Below, in pieces: positions 10,446 to 19,141 of a DNA stretch of 64,000 nt. Numbering within the stretch: the stretch's first letter is position 1; every line of letters begins with the position of its first letter. The notes under the pieces are model-generated. The model saw nothing but the letters and a program-made list of their open reading frames with translations, did not search any database and had not been told where the DNA came from. Location of the stretch: the NCBI GenBank assembly GCA_964447335.1, contig CAYUSA010000001.1, positions 63,091 through 127,090 of the forward strand, written 5' to 3'. Origin of the DNA: an uncultured Actinomycetes bacterium (lineage in GTDB: Bacteria > Actinomycetota > UBA4738 > HRBIN12). The translations under genes and the position numbers were made by a program.

Positions 10446-12780
10446 GGCGGCAGAGCGACCGTCGACCGCGAGGGATCGCCTTTGGCGGTGGTACCTGGGA
10501 TCGGTCTTGTTCTTGGCGGTGCTCTTCGTCCCGCTGCGGGGATCCGACCGGGCGGTCGCCATCCTCAGCGTCGGAGGGATCACCTCGATGCTCGTGGCCA
10601 TCCCGGTGGGGCTCCGTCTCCACCGTCCGGCCGACGTGCGGCCCTGGTACGTGATCCTCGCCGGGATGGCGGGGTCCGTCGTCACGAACGCGATCTCGTA
10701 CTCGGCGAACACCCGGGCCGCCACGCCGGCGTACCCCTCCGTCGTGGACGTCCTCTACGTCGGAGCGTACGTCGTCGTCGTCGCGGGGTTCGCGCTGTTC
10801 GTTCGCGCGAAGATCGCACGGGGTGACCGGGACGGCTTCATCGACGCTCTGATCGTGACCGCGGGGCTGGGGGTGCTGTCCTTCGTCCTCCTGATCGATC
10901 CGTACCTGGACGACGCGAACCTTTCCGCTGTGGCCCGCGCGACGTCCATGTCCCACCCGCTCCTCGAGCTCGCGCTCCTGGGTATCGCCGCACGCCTCGT
11001 ATTCCTGCCGGGGAGGAGGCCCGTCGCGCTCTGGTTCGTCTGCCTGTACGCCGCCCTGTCGTTCGCCGGAGACGCCGTCTACGGCGTCCAGGTCCGGGCC
11101 GAGACCTTCTCGTTCGAGAGCGGGGCCAACGCGCTCTGGATCGCCTCGTTCGCTTTCTTCGGCGCCGGTGCGCTCCACCCGTCGATGCGGGAGCTGACGG
11201 AGCGCCGCAGAGGAGCCGTGTCGGGGAACGGGACGGCCCGACTGGTGGCCTTGGGGGTCATGGCGATGCTGGGCCCCGCGACGTTGGCGATCGGCTGGGG
11301 CCATGCCTCTGGGCACTTCCGTCAGGTTGGCGCGATCTCTGCGGCCGTGGTCGCCCTGGTCCTCGGCCGCATGTGGATGCTGACCGTGGGCCTCGAGACG
11401 CACCGCAGGGCCCAGCAGGCGCTCAGAGAGAGCGAGGAGCGGTCCCGGCGCCTGTCGGACGCGACCTTCGAGGGGGTCATCGTGATCGCGGACGGGAGGA
11501 TCGTCGAGGCGAACCGGGCGTTCCTCGAGATGTTGGGGCTGGAAGCCGAGCAGGTGGTGGGCCTGGCTCCGGAGGAGCTGATAGCGCCCGAGTCCGTCCC
11601 GACGATCTACGAGCACCTGCGCTCCGGGACCGAGGAGCCGTGGGAGATGGAGGTCGTTCTCCGTAACGACCGCCGGATGTGGCACGAGTCGAGGGCGAGC
11701 ACCATCCCCTATGGCGGGTCGGAGGCGCGGGTGATCTCGATCCGCGACATCACGGAGCGGAGGCGCGTGGACGCCGCGCTCCGGGAGAGCGAGCAGCGGT
11801 TCCGGACCTTGTTCGAGACGGCGCTCGACGCGATCGTGGTCATCGATGCTGAAAGCACGATCGTTCAGGCGAACCCGGCCGCTTCCGAGCTCGTCGGGGT
11901 CTCGACCGACCGGATGGTCGGACGCGGCTTCGGGGGGCTCATCGCCCCCGGCTTCGACGCCGACGCCGCACGGGAGACCGCCCACGGGATCGAGGGGTTC
12001 CGCGTGGACATCCCGATCGTGGCGGCCGATGGGACCGAGCGAAAGGTGGAGGCCACCGCCGGCCTGCTCCCCGACGGGAACCTGGTGATCGTCGCCAGGG
12101 ACGTCTCCGAGCGCCGGCGTGCCGAGGAGGAGCTCCGCCGGGCGGAGGACCGATACCGCTCGCTGGTGGAGCGGCTCCCCGGCGCCGTGTACGTGGATGT
12201 TCCCGAGGGCGGCTTGGCCGGGTACACGTCGGTCTTCATCAGCCCCCAGGCCGAGACCCTTCACGGCTACGCGCCGGAGGAGTTCCTGGCCGATCCCGAT
12301 CTCTGGCCCCGGATCCTTCATCCCGAGGACCGCGAGCGGGCCCTGGAGGCCGACGCTCGTCACTGGAAGACCGGCGAGCCCCTGGACCAGGAGTTCCGCG
12401 TGATCGCCAAGGACGGCCGGGTGGTGTGGGTCCGGGACCGGGCCGTCCTGTTGCGCGACGACCAGGGCCGGGCCCTGATGTCCCAGGGGTTCCTGACGGA
12501 CATGACGGACCAGAAGGAGGCGGAGACCCTGCGCGACGCCAGGGACGAGGCCGAGCGCGACAACCGGGTGAGAAGCGAGTTCCTGTCGCGCATGAGTCAC
12601 GAGCTCCGGACGCCGCTGAACGCCATCCTCGGGTTCGGCCAGGTGCTGGAATCATCGTCCCTCGCGCCGGAGGACCGCGACAGCGTGGAGCGGATCATGG
12701 AGGGCGGCCGCCGGCTGCTCGAGCTGGTCGACGACCTGCTCGAGATCTCGCGGACCGGCGGCGGCGCGGGGCGGGGCTAG
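10438..12780 (+). CDS. PAS-rich sensor kinase paralog lacking the ATPase domain (truncated)
   Basis: Membrane domain, three to four PAS repeats, and a HisKA box MSHELRTPLNAILGFGQVLE. It ends 20 aa after the dimerisation helix (LLELVDDLLEISRTGGGAGRG*) with no HATPase_c. The start overlaps the previous gene's stop. Confidence 0.7.
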   Translation: MGEAAERPSTARDRLWRWYLGSVLFLAVLFVPLRGSDRAVAILSVGGITSMLVAIPVGLRLHRPADVRPWYVILAGMAGSVVTNAISYSANTRAATPAYPSVVDVLYVGAYVVVVAGFALFVRAKIARGDRDGFIDALIVTAGLGVLSFVLLIDPYLDDANLSAVARATSMSHPLLELALLGIAARLVFLPGRRPVALWFVCLYAALSFAGDAVYGVQVRAETFSFESGANALWIASFAFFGAGALHPSMRELTERRRGAVSGNGTARLVALGVMAMLGPATLAIGWGHASGHFRQVGAISAAVVALVLGRMWMLTVGLETHRRAQQALRESEERSRRLSDATFEGVIVIADGRIVEANRAFLEMLGLEAEQVVGLAPEELIAPESVPTIYEHLRSGTEEPWEMEVVLRNDRRMWHESRASTIPYGGSEARVISIRDITERRRVDAALRESEQRFRTLFETALDAIVVIDAESTIVQANPAASELVGVSTDRMVGRGFGGLIAPGFDADAARETAHGIEGFRVDIPIVAADGTERKVEATAGLLPDGNLVIVARDVSERRRAEEELRRAEDRYRSLVERLPGAVYVDVPEGGLAGYTSVFISPQAETLHGYAPEEFLADPDLWPRILHPEDRERALEADARHWKTGEPLDQEFRVIAKDGRVVWVRDRAVLLRDDQGRALMSQGFLTDMTDQKEAETLRDARDEAERDNRVRSEFLSRMSHELRTPLNAILGFGQVLESSSLAPEDRDSVERIMEGGRRLLELVDDLLEISRTGGGAGRG

Positions 12781-12811
12781 CACGGCCTGTACGGACGGCG
12801 GGACGCCCGGC

Positions 12812-12883
12812 GCCTACCTCACGAAGCCGTTCGACGTGAAGCGATCCCTGGGCGTCGTCGGAGGTTCCCTCGGGGGCGCGTAG
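12812..12883 (+). pseudogene. receiver-domain C-terminal remnant (AYLTKPFDVKRSLGVVGGSLGGA*)
   Basis: A short peptide in a different frame, right after the truncated kinase. It matches the receiver tail of the 7014..10445 gene (FVTKPIDVKRFLQVV). Confidence 0.5.
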
Positions 12884-12893
12884 GGCCGAGTCC

Positions 12894-14096
12894 TCACCCG
12901 GCGCCCGGCGCTGAGCCCTCGGCGGGAGCCACGAGCCCACCGCCCGAGGTCGCGGTCGCCGGGACCCAGCACTCGACCGTCGTACCCTTCCCGGGCGCCG
13001 TGTCGACGCGCCACCAGCCCCCTGCGAGCTCGGCGCGTTCTCGCATCGCCTTGAGCCCGAGGTGGTGCGAGGTGAGCGACGGGGGTCGCTCGGGGTCGAA
13101 GCCCCTGCCGTCGTCTCGGACCGTGAGGCGGAATCCGTGGTCCGCCTCCTCCACCTCCACGGTGACGCTGGTGGCGCGTGCGTGCTTCGCCACGTTCGCG
13201 AGCGCCTCCTGCGCGATCCGGTACAAGAGCGTGCGCACCCCCAGCTCCGGTTCCTCCGTGATCCGCCGCTCGACGCGCCAGGTCCACCCGGTGTCGGGGG
13301 GCGTGCGCTCGAGGTACTCGGAGAGCGCCTCCGCCAGGCCACCCGAGTCGAGCGCGGAGGGGTGCAGCTCGAAGAGCATGCGTCGGAGCCGGTCCATGGC
13401 TTGATGCACGATCGCCTCGGTCGTCGCGAGCTCCGCGGCCTCCTCGGTCCCCTCGAGCTTGTCGCGGAGCATCTGGAGGCGCAGCACGGCCGCGACCATG
13501 GCCTGCACCGGGTCGTCGTGGATGTTGTACGCGATGCGCCGCTGCTCGTCCTCCTGCGCCGCCACGAGGCGCGCGAGGAGCAGCCGGCGCGTGTCCTGGG
13601 ACGCCCGGAGGTCCCGCAGGGCATCCGAGAGCTCGGCGGTCCGCTCCTCGACCAGCTGCTCCAGGTGCTCGGCGTGCAAGCGAACCTGGAGATGCAGGTC
13701 CCGCGTATGGAGCAGGTTCCGGATCCGAAGGACGGCCTCGACGGCATCGAACGGCTTGGTCAGGAAATCCGAGGCCCCAGCCGCGAGGGCCTTCCGCTTC
13801 GCCGCCTCCGTCACGTCCGCCGTCAGGACCAGCACCGGGAGGAAGTCCTCGGCCGGGACGACCTGGTGGAGGCCCTCGAGGATCTGGTGCCCGCTGACGT
13901 GGGGCATCAGCAGGTCGAGGAGGACGATGTCCGGCTGCCACTCGCGCACGAGCGGGATCGCCTCGCGCGCGTCGGTCGTCCCGTGCACGTGCGGGAACCC
14001 GGCTCCGTACAGCAATCGCTCGAGCAGGCGGACGTTCGGTTCCTCGTCGTCCACGATCAAGATCCGGTGGTCCGTCGGCGCGGTGGTCTCCGTCAT
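12894..14096 (-). CDS. hybrid response-regulator/histidine kinase (REC, HisKA_3, HATPase_c)
   Basis: N-terminal receiver (ILIVDDEE, DIVLLDLLMP, VLVLTAD, FLTKPFD), a coiled coil, the His box RIAYNIHDDPVQ, and an ATPase domain (ANVAKHA...TVRDDGRGFDP...GLKAMRERAELAGG). Confidence 0.8.
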   Translation of the reverse strand: MTETTAPTDHRILIVDDEEPNVRLLERLLYGAGFPHVHGTTDAREAIPLVREWQPDIVLLDLLMPHVSGHQILEGLHQVVPAEDFLPVLVLTADVTEAAKRKALAAGASDFLTKPFDAVEAVLRIRNLLHTRDLHLQVRLHAEHLEQLVEERTAELSDALRDLRASQDTRRLLLARLVAAQEDEQRRIAYNIHDDPVQAMVAAVLRLQMLRDKLEGTEEAAELATTEAIVHQAMDRLRRMLFELHPSALDSGGLAEALSEYLERTPPDTGWTWRVERRITEEPELGVRTLLYRIAQEALANVAKHARATSVTVEVEEADHGFRLTVRDDGRGFDPERPPSLTSHHLGLKAMRERAELAGGWWRVDTAPGKGTTVECWVPATATSGGGLVAPAEGSAPGAG

Positions 14097-14716
14097 GGTC
14101 GGTCCTCCTTCATCCGGCGTCGGCGAGGGTCTGGTCGAGGAGCTTGAGGAACCGCGCGACGTCGAGCGGTTTCGTCATGCATCCGCGAGCGCCCGCGGCG
14201 ACCAGCCGCTCCAGCTTGCTCCGGGTCGTGTCCGCGGTGAGCACGACCATCGAGGATGTGAGCGGTCTCCGGTTCCTCCAGCAGCTTCGAGAGCACGAGC
14301 TCTCCCGACATGTCGGGCAGGCGCAGGTCCAGGAGCACGAGGTCGGGGCGGGTCGTGCGCAGGTGTCGATGCCCAGCGCGCCCGAGGTGACGGCGAGCAG
14401 GTGGATGTGTGGGCGCCGCGTGAGGACCTTCTCGAGCAGCTTGACGTTCGTCGGGTTGTCCTCGATGTAGACGATGGTGGCCGGCCCGTCTCGGGAGCGC
14501 CTGGAACGCCTTGAGCGCCGGTGTCCTCTTGGGGGCCTCCAGGAGGTCGATGCGGAAGCTCGTCCCCCGGCCGGGCACGCTGCTGACGCGGATCGTCCCA
14601 CCTGTGGCCTCGACGAGACGCTTCGTGAGCGCGAGGCCGAGGCCAGCGCCGCGAACCGGGCCCGTCTCGGCGCCGAGCCGCTCGAAGGGGGAGACCTGAG
14701 CGACAGGTCCCGCCAT
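14093..14716 (-). pseudogene. frameshifted 3' fragment of a hybrid kinase (HATPase_c C-terminus plus REC)
   Basis: Homologous segments are split across three minus-strand frames: FERLGAETGPVRGAGLGLALTKRLVEATGGTIRVSS, TIVYIEDNPTNVKLLEKVL, PDLVLLDLRLPDMSGE and VVLTADTT...CMTKPLDVARFLKLL. There are no upstream HisKA or sensor parts. Confidence 0.65.
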
Positions 14717-14916
14717 GCGGAACGCAACTGCACACGCCCTCCTCTCTCTTCGCGGGCGCGGGATGTCGTTCCCGAGGACGCAACCCTAGCGCTTGGTTCC
14801 CCGGCTGCGAATAAGCCGAAGGTCACAGGTCTGCCGTCCCCTTTCCGGGTGATGCTCGATCCCGGGCGGGCCCCCACCGGCGTGAGCGACCCCGGGCTCC
14901 CGAGACGGCGCGGGCC

Positions 14917-16314
14917 GTGGGTGATAATGACCGTCCGGGACGGTCTCTCCAGGAGGGTCGGTTGAGGGACACGAGGCCGCACGAGCCTCGGGGAGCCATT
15001 CGTGGTCACGCCGGTAGCGGCGGTCGTGCTCTCCGGGCGGCGATCGTCTACGCGGTGCTGGGGGTCCTGTGGGTCCTGTTCTCCGACCGGCTCCTCGTGT
15101 GGCTGGTTCGCGACCCGCAGACGCGGGATGTGGTCCAGACCGCGAAGGGGTGGCTGTTCGTCTCGGTGTCTGCCGTGCTCGTGTACGGGTTCGTCCGGCT
15201 CGCCGAGCGGGCCGAGCGCCGTGCCGCTCGGGCCGAGGACTCCCTCCGGGCGAGCCAGGAGTGGCTTCGGAGCATCGCGGAGAACGTGACCGACATGATC
15301 TTCCGGTACCGGGTGGCGGAGCCGCAGGGGTACGAGTACGTGAGTCCCTCCTCGACCGAGATCACGGGTTTCACGCCGGAGGAGCACTACGCGGATCCCC
15401 GTCTGCCTTTCCAGATCGTCCACGGTGACGATCGGAGCGCGCTCGAGCGGCTGCTGTGCGGCGAGTCACGCGGCGAGCGCGTGCGCTTCCAGCGCAAGGA
15501 CGGCAGCACGATCTCGACCGAGTTCCGCGTGCGTGCGATCCTCGACGAGACGGGTCGGCCGGTCGCGGTCGAGGGGATCATTCGCGACGTCACGGCGCTC
15601 GCGCTCACCGAGCAGGAGCTGGAGGAGCGCGTTCTCGACTTCGGGAAGCTGGCCGAGGAACGGCTGGCGCTCATGCGCAAGCTCGTGCACGCGCAGGAGG
15701 AGGAGCGCCGGCGCATCGCGCTCGAGATCCACGACGGGATCGGCCAGGTGCTCACCTCGATCTCGCTCTACGCCTCGGATCTGCCGGAGGTCGTCCCCGA
15801 GGAGCACCGCGCCCGCGCCGAGAGGGTCCGCGAGCTCATCCAGCGTGCGATCGCCGACAGCCGGATGCTCGTCTGGAGCCTGCGTCCGCCGGACCTCGAG
15901 CGCCTGGGCCTGGTCCCGGCGATCCAGCACCTCGTCGAGAACCTCCTCGACCATGCGACGGAGCACCTCGACCATGCGACGGAGCACATCGATGTGCTGG
16001 ACGAGACCAAGGGCCGGCGCCTGACACCCGAGATCGAGACCGTGGTCTTCCGCATCGTGCAGGAGGCACTGAACAACGCGACGAAGTACGCGCACGCATC
16101 GTCCATCTCGGTCGTGGTGGCCATCCGGGACGGCGTGCTCTCCGCGGTGGTCGAGGACGACGGTCGTGGTTTCGACGTCGAGACCGTCGACACGTTCGGT
16201 GGCGTCGGTATGGGCGGGATGCGCGAGCGTGCGGACTTCGTGGGCGGTAGGTTGGTCGTCGAGTCGGCGAAGGACGTCGGCACCGTGGTCCGGCTGGAGG
16301 TCCCGATCCCGTGA
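14917..16314 (+). CDS. PAS sensor histidine kinase (HisKA_3 + HATPase_c)
   Basis: Two transmembrane helices, a PAS domain, the His box RRRIALEIHDGIGQ, and an ATPase domain (QEALNNATKYAHAS...VEDDGRGFD...GMGGMRERA). It contains an in-frame 21-bp tandem duplication (LDHATEH twice). The true start is probably downstream of 14917. Confidence 0.8.
   Translation: MGDNDRPGRSLQEGRLRDTRPHEPRGAIRGHAGSGGRALRAAIVYAVLGVLWVLFSDRLLVWLVRDPQTRDVVQTAKGWLFVSVSAVLVYGFVRLAERAERRAARAEDSLRASQEWLRSIAENVTDMIFRYRVAEPQGYEYVSPSSTEITGFTPEEHYADPRLPFQIVHGDDRSALERLLCGESRGERVRFQRKDGSTISTEFRVRAILDETGRPVAVEGIIRDVTALALTEQELEERVLDFGKLAEERLALMRKLVHAQEEERRRIALEIHDGIGQVLTSISLYASDLPEVVPEEHRARAERVRELIQRAIADSRMLVWSLRPPDLERLGLVPAIQHLVENLLDHATEHLDHATEHIDVLDETKGRRLTPEIETVVFRIVQEALNNATKYAHASSISVVVAIRDGVLSAVVEDDGRGFDVETVDTFGGVGMGGMRERADFVGGRLVVESAKDVGTVVRLEVPIP
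15947..15988 (+). repeat. perfect 21-bp tandem duplication (ctcgaccatgcgacggagcac twice) inside the kinase gene
   Basis: Direct reading of the sequence; it encodes LDHATEH twice. Confidence 0.85.
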
Positions 16315-16952
16315 GCGAGCGGCCCATCCAGGTGATGTTGATGGACGACCACAACGTCGTCCGCGAGGGCCTCCGGGCCCTCCTCGAGCGCCAGACCGAC
16401 ATCCGCGTCGTCGCGGAGGCCGGCACCGTCGCCGAGGCCGAGGCGGCCGAGGTCGAGCCCGACGTGGTCGTCGCCGACCTGGTGCTGCCTGACGAACGCG
16501 GCGCCGAGGTCGTCCGGCGCCTGCGCGAGCGATTCCCCCACTCGGCGATCCTGGTCCTCACGATGGTGGACAACCCGACCGACGTGCAGCTGTGCCTGGC
16601 GGCGGGTGCGAAGGGGTACCTGATGAAGGAGGCCGCGGGCGCCGAGCTGACGGACGCCGTGCGGGCGGTCGCTCAGGGACGCGAGTACCTGCAGCCGGCG
16701 CTCGGTGCGGTGCTCGCGCGGTGGCGCGAGGCACCCGGGAAGATCAGTGCGAAGGCGTCGGTCGACCTCGGCGAGCGCGAGCGCGAGGTGCTGCGCCTGA
16801 TCGCCCTCGGTCACACGAACGCCGAGATCGCGCGCCTACTGTTCCTGTCGGTCCGCACCGTCGAGAACCACCGCGCCAGCCTGATGCGCAAGCTCGGCGT
16901 GAAGACCAGGGCGGACCTGGTCCGGCACGCGACCCAGTCCGGTCTGGTCTGA
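16311..16952 (+). CDS. LuxR/NarL-family response regulator
   Basis: Receiver domain (VMLMDDH, VVVADLVLPD, ILVLTMVD, YLMK) plus a C-terminal LuxR helix-turn-helix (EREVLRLIALGHTNAEIARLLFLSVRTVENHRASLMRKL). The start overlaps the kinase stop. Confidence 0.88.
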   Translation: MSERPIQVMLMDDHNVVREGLRALLERQTDIRVVAEAGTVAEAEAAEVEPDVVVADLVLPDERGAEVVRRLRERFPHSAILVLTMVDNPTDVQLCLAAGAKGYLMKEAAGAELTDAVRAVAQGREYLQPALGAVLARWREAPGKISAKASVDLGEREREVLRLIALGHTNAEIARLLFLSVRTVENHRASLMRKLGVKTRADLVRHATQSGLV

Positions 16953-17012
16953 CGCCCCCTGCGGGACACGTGCCGTGCCTCGCCGCCGTACCCCGCCGCG
17001 TACAGTGACCGC

Positions 17013-17567
17013 GTGCGGGTCGTCGCCGGCAGCGCGAAGGGTGTCCGCCTCGGCCCGGTGCCCAAGGGCGTGAGGCCGGTCTCCGACATGGCCCGCGAGG
17101 GCCTGTTCTCCAGCCTCGGCCCCCGGGTCCCCGGCGCGCGGGTGCTCGACCTGTTCGCGGGCACGGGCGCGCTGGGCATCGAGGCCCTGTCCCGCGGGGC
17201 CGCCGAGGCCGTGTTCGTGGACCGGGCCCGTTTGGCGACGGCGGCCATCCAGGAGAACCTCGAGCGCACGCGCCTGACAGACGAGGCTGTGGTCGTCGGC
17301 GTGGATGTGCGTGCCTTTCTCACGAGAGATGACAAGAACGGGGCTCCGTTCGACCTCGTGCTGGCGGATCCGCCCTACGAGCTCCAGGGCCCCGAGCTGG
17401 ACGGCGTGCTCGCCGACCTCGCCGACGGGTGGCTGGCGGCGCCCGGGTGGACGGTGGCCCTGACCCGCAGGAAGGGGAGTTCCACGCCTGTCATTCCGGT
17501 AGACTGGCTCGCTGCCAGGCGCCTGGTGTACGGCGACACCCTGGTGGTGCTCTTGCGGGAGGCATAG
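17013..17567 (+). CDS. rsmD: 16S rRNA (guanine966-N2)-methyltransferase RsmD
   Basis: GTG start. Motifs VLDLFAGTGALGIEALSRGA and LADPPY. Confidence 0.85.
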   Translation: MRVVAGSAKGVRLGPVPKGVRPVSDMAREGLFSSLGPRVPGARVLDLFAGTGALGIEALSRGAAEAVFVDRARLATAAIQENLERTRLTDEAVVVGVDVRAFLTRDDKNGAPFDLVLADPPYELQGPELDGVLADLADGWLAAPGWTVALTRRKGSSTPVIPVDWLAARRLVYGDTLVVLLREA

Positions 17568-17569
17568 CG

Positions 17570-18055
17570 ATGGGCCTGACCGCCCTGTGTCCCGGGACGT
17601 TCGATCCCGTGACGAACGGTCATCTCGACATCATCGAACGTGCAGGTCAGCGCTTCGACGCGGTGGTCGTCGGCGTGCTCGACAACCCTGCCAAGCAGCC
17701 CTTGTTCAGCGTGGAGGAGCGCGTGCAGATGTTGAAGGAGGTCACCTCGGGGATGCCGAACGTCTCCGTGACCTCGTTCGGCGGATTGCTCGTCGAATCG
17801 GCAAAGTCGCTCGGCGCCGACGTCGTGGTGAAGGGCCTGCGGGCGGTCACCGATTTCGAGTACGAGATCCAGATGGCGCAGATGAACCACGCGCTCGCCG
17901 GCATGGAGACGCTGTTCATAACGACGAGCCCGGCCTGGTCGTTCCTGTCATCGTCCCTGGTCAAGGAGGTCGCCCGTTTCGGCGGCGACGTGAGCGGGCT
18001 CGTCCCGCCGATCGTCGCGAAGCGGCTGGCGGACAAGCTCGGAGGTGGTTCGTAG
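17570..18055 (+). CDS. coaD: phosphopantetheine adenylyltransferase
   Basis: MGLTALCPGTFDPVTNGHLDIIERA...SSSLVKEV. The start is placed at the ATG at 17570, rejecting the ORF-track 5' extension. Confidence 0.9.
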   Translation: MGLTALCPGTFDPVTNGHLDIIERAGQRFDAVVVGVLDNPAKQPLFSVEERVQMLKEVTSGMPNVSVTSFGGLLVESAKSLGADVVVKGLRAVTDFEYEIQMAQMNHALAGMETLFITTSPAWSFLSSSLVKEVARFGGDVSGLVPPIVAKRLADKLGGGS

Positions 18056-18601
18056 GTGGACCTGGCAGCCCGGCTCCAGCAGCTCGAGGACCTCGTCCGC
18101 GAGGCCAAGTCGATGCCGCTGTCATCCAGCGCCCTGCTGAACCGCGAGGAGGTGCTCGACCTCATCGGCGAGCTGAAGGTCGCCCTCCCCGAGGAGATCA
18201 AGCAGGCGCGCTGGGTCGTGAAGGACCGCGAGGAGCTCCTCGGGAAGGCCCGTCGCGACGCCGAGGCGATCGTCGAGCAGGCACGCGGCGAGCAGCTTGA
18301 GATGGCCCAGCGCGAAGCCATCGTGCAGCGCGCGGTGCAGGAGGCCGACCGGACGCGCTCGGACGCGGGCGAGGACGCCCGGCGCATGAAGCTCGAGGCC
18401 GAGGACTACGTGGACGCGAAGCTCGCGCAGTTCGAGACCGCGCTCCAGCAGATCACCGAGAAGCTTCTCGCGACCAACGACTCGGTGAGCCGGACGATCG
18501 ACCAGGTGCAGGCGGGCCGCGAGAAGCTGCGCGGCGTCGCACCGGCCACGAACGCCGACATCGGTCCCGACATCGCGTTCCCGGAGGACGAGGAGGCGTG
18601 A
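18056..18601 (+). CDS. conserved coiled-coil protein (DivIVA/ATP-synthase-b-like) between coaD and yceD
   Basis: GTG start. The whole length is predicted coiled-coil (LQQLEDLVREAK...EELLGKARRDAEAIVEQAR). This gene position is conserved in actinobacteria. Confidence 0.55.
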   Translation: MDLAARLQQLEDLVREAKSMPLSSSALLNREEVLDLIGELKVALPEEIKQARWVVKDREELLGKARRDAEAIVEQARGEQLEMAQREAIVQRAVQEADRTRSDAGEDARRMKLEAEDYVDAKLAQFETALQQITEKLLATNDSVSRTIDQVQAGREKLRGVAPATNADIGPDIAFPEDEEA

Positions 18602-19098
18602 TGCGCGCGATCGACGTCCGAGACCTGCTCGAGCGCCCGGGCTCCGCGAGGACCGTCAAGGTCCAGGAGCCGGTGCCGGGCCTGCAGACCGAGCTCGCGG
18701 AGGTCCCCGTGGACACGCCGATCGCCGGCGAGCTCACCCTCGAGAGCGTCATCGAGGGTATCTACGTGACGGGCTCGGTCTCCGGACGCATGGTGTTCCG
18801 GTGCGCCCGCTGCCTGAAGGAGTTCGACCGCGACTTCGACGTCGAGCTGCGTGAGCTGTTCGTGCGCGAGCCCGGTCCCGACGACGACTACGCGCTCGGG
18901 CCGGAGCTCGAGCTCGATCCCGAGCCGATGGTGCGCGACGCCGTCGTGCTCGACATGCCGTTCTCACCGCTCTGCACGCCGGATTGCCTCGGCCTGTGCG
19001 AGCGGTGCGGCGGCGACCGCAACCTCGGCGAGTGCTCCTGCGCCGAGCCGGTGGACCCCCGGTGGGCCGCCCTCGAGGGCTTCCGCGAGGAGCCCTGA
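18598..19098 (+). CDS. yceD: YceD/DUF177 family protein (large-subunit ribosomal accumulation protein)
   Basis: C-terminal Cys cluster (CTPDCLGLCERCGGDRNLGECSC) and its position immediately upstream of rpmF. Confidence 0.8.
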   Translation: MMRAIDVRDLLERPGSARTVKVQEPVPGLQTELAEVPVDTPIAGELTLESVIEGIYVTGSVSGRMVFRCARCLKEFDRDFDVELRELFVREPGPDDDYALGPELELDPEPMVRDAVVLDMPFSPLCTPDCLGLCERCGGDRNLGECSCAEPVDPRWAALEGFREEP

Positions 19099-19141
19099 CC
19101 CGACCCCGACCAGCGACCCACGACCCCGAAAGGAACGCACG

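Noticed and set aside
10210-12600. 796-aa minus-strand ORF antisense to the sensor kinase genes
   Set aside because: High-GC antisense artefact. The + strand frame carries clear PAS and HisKA motifs.
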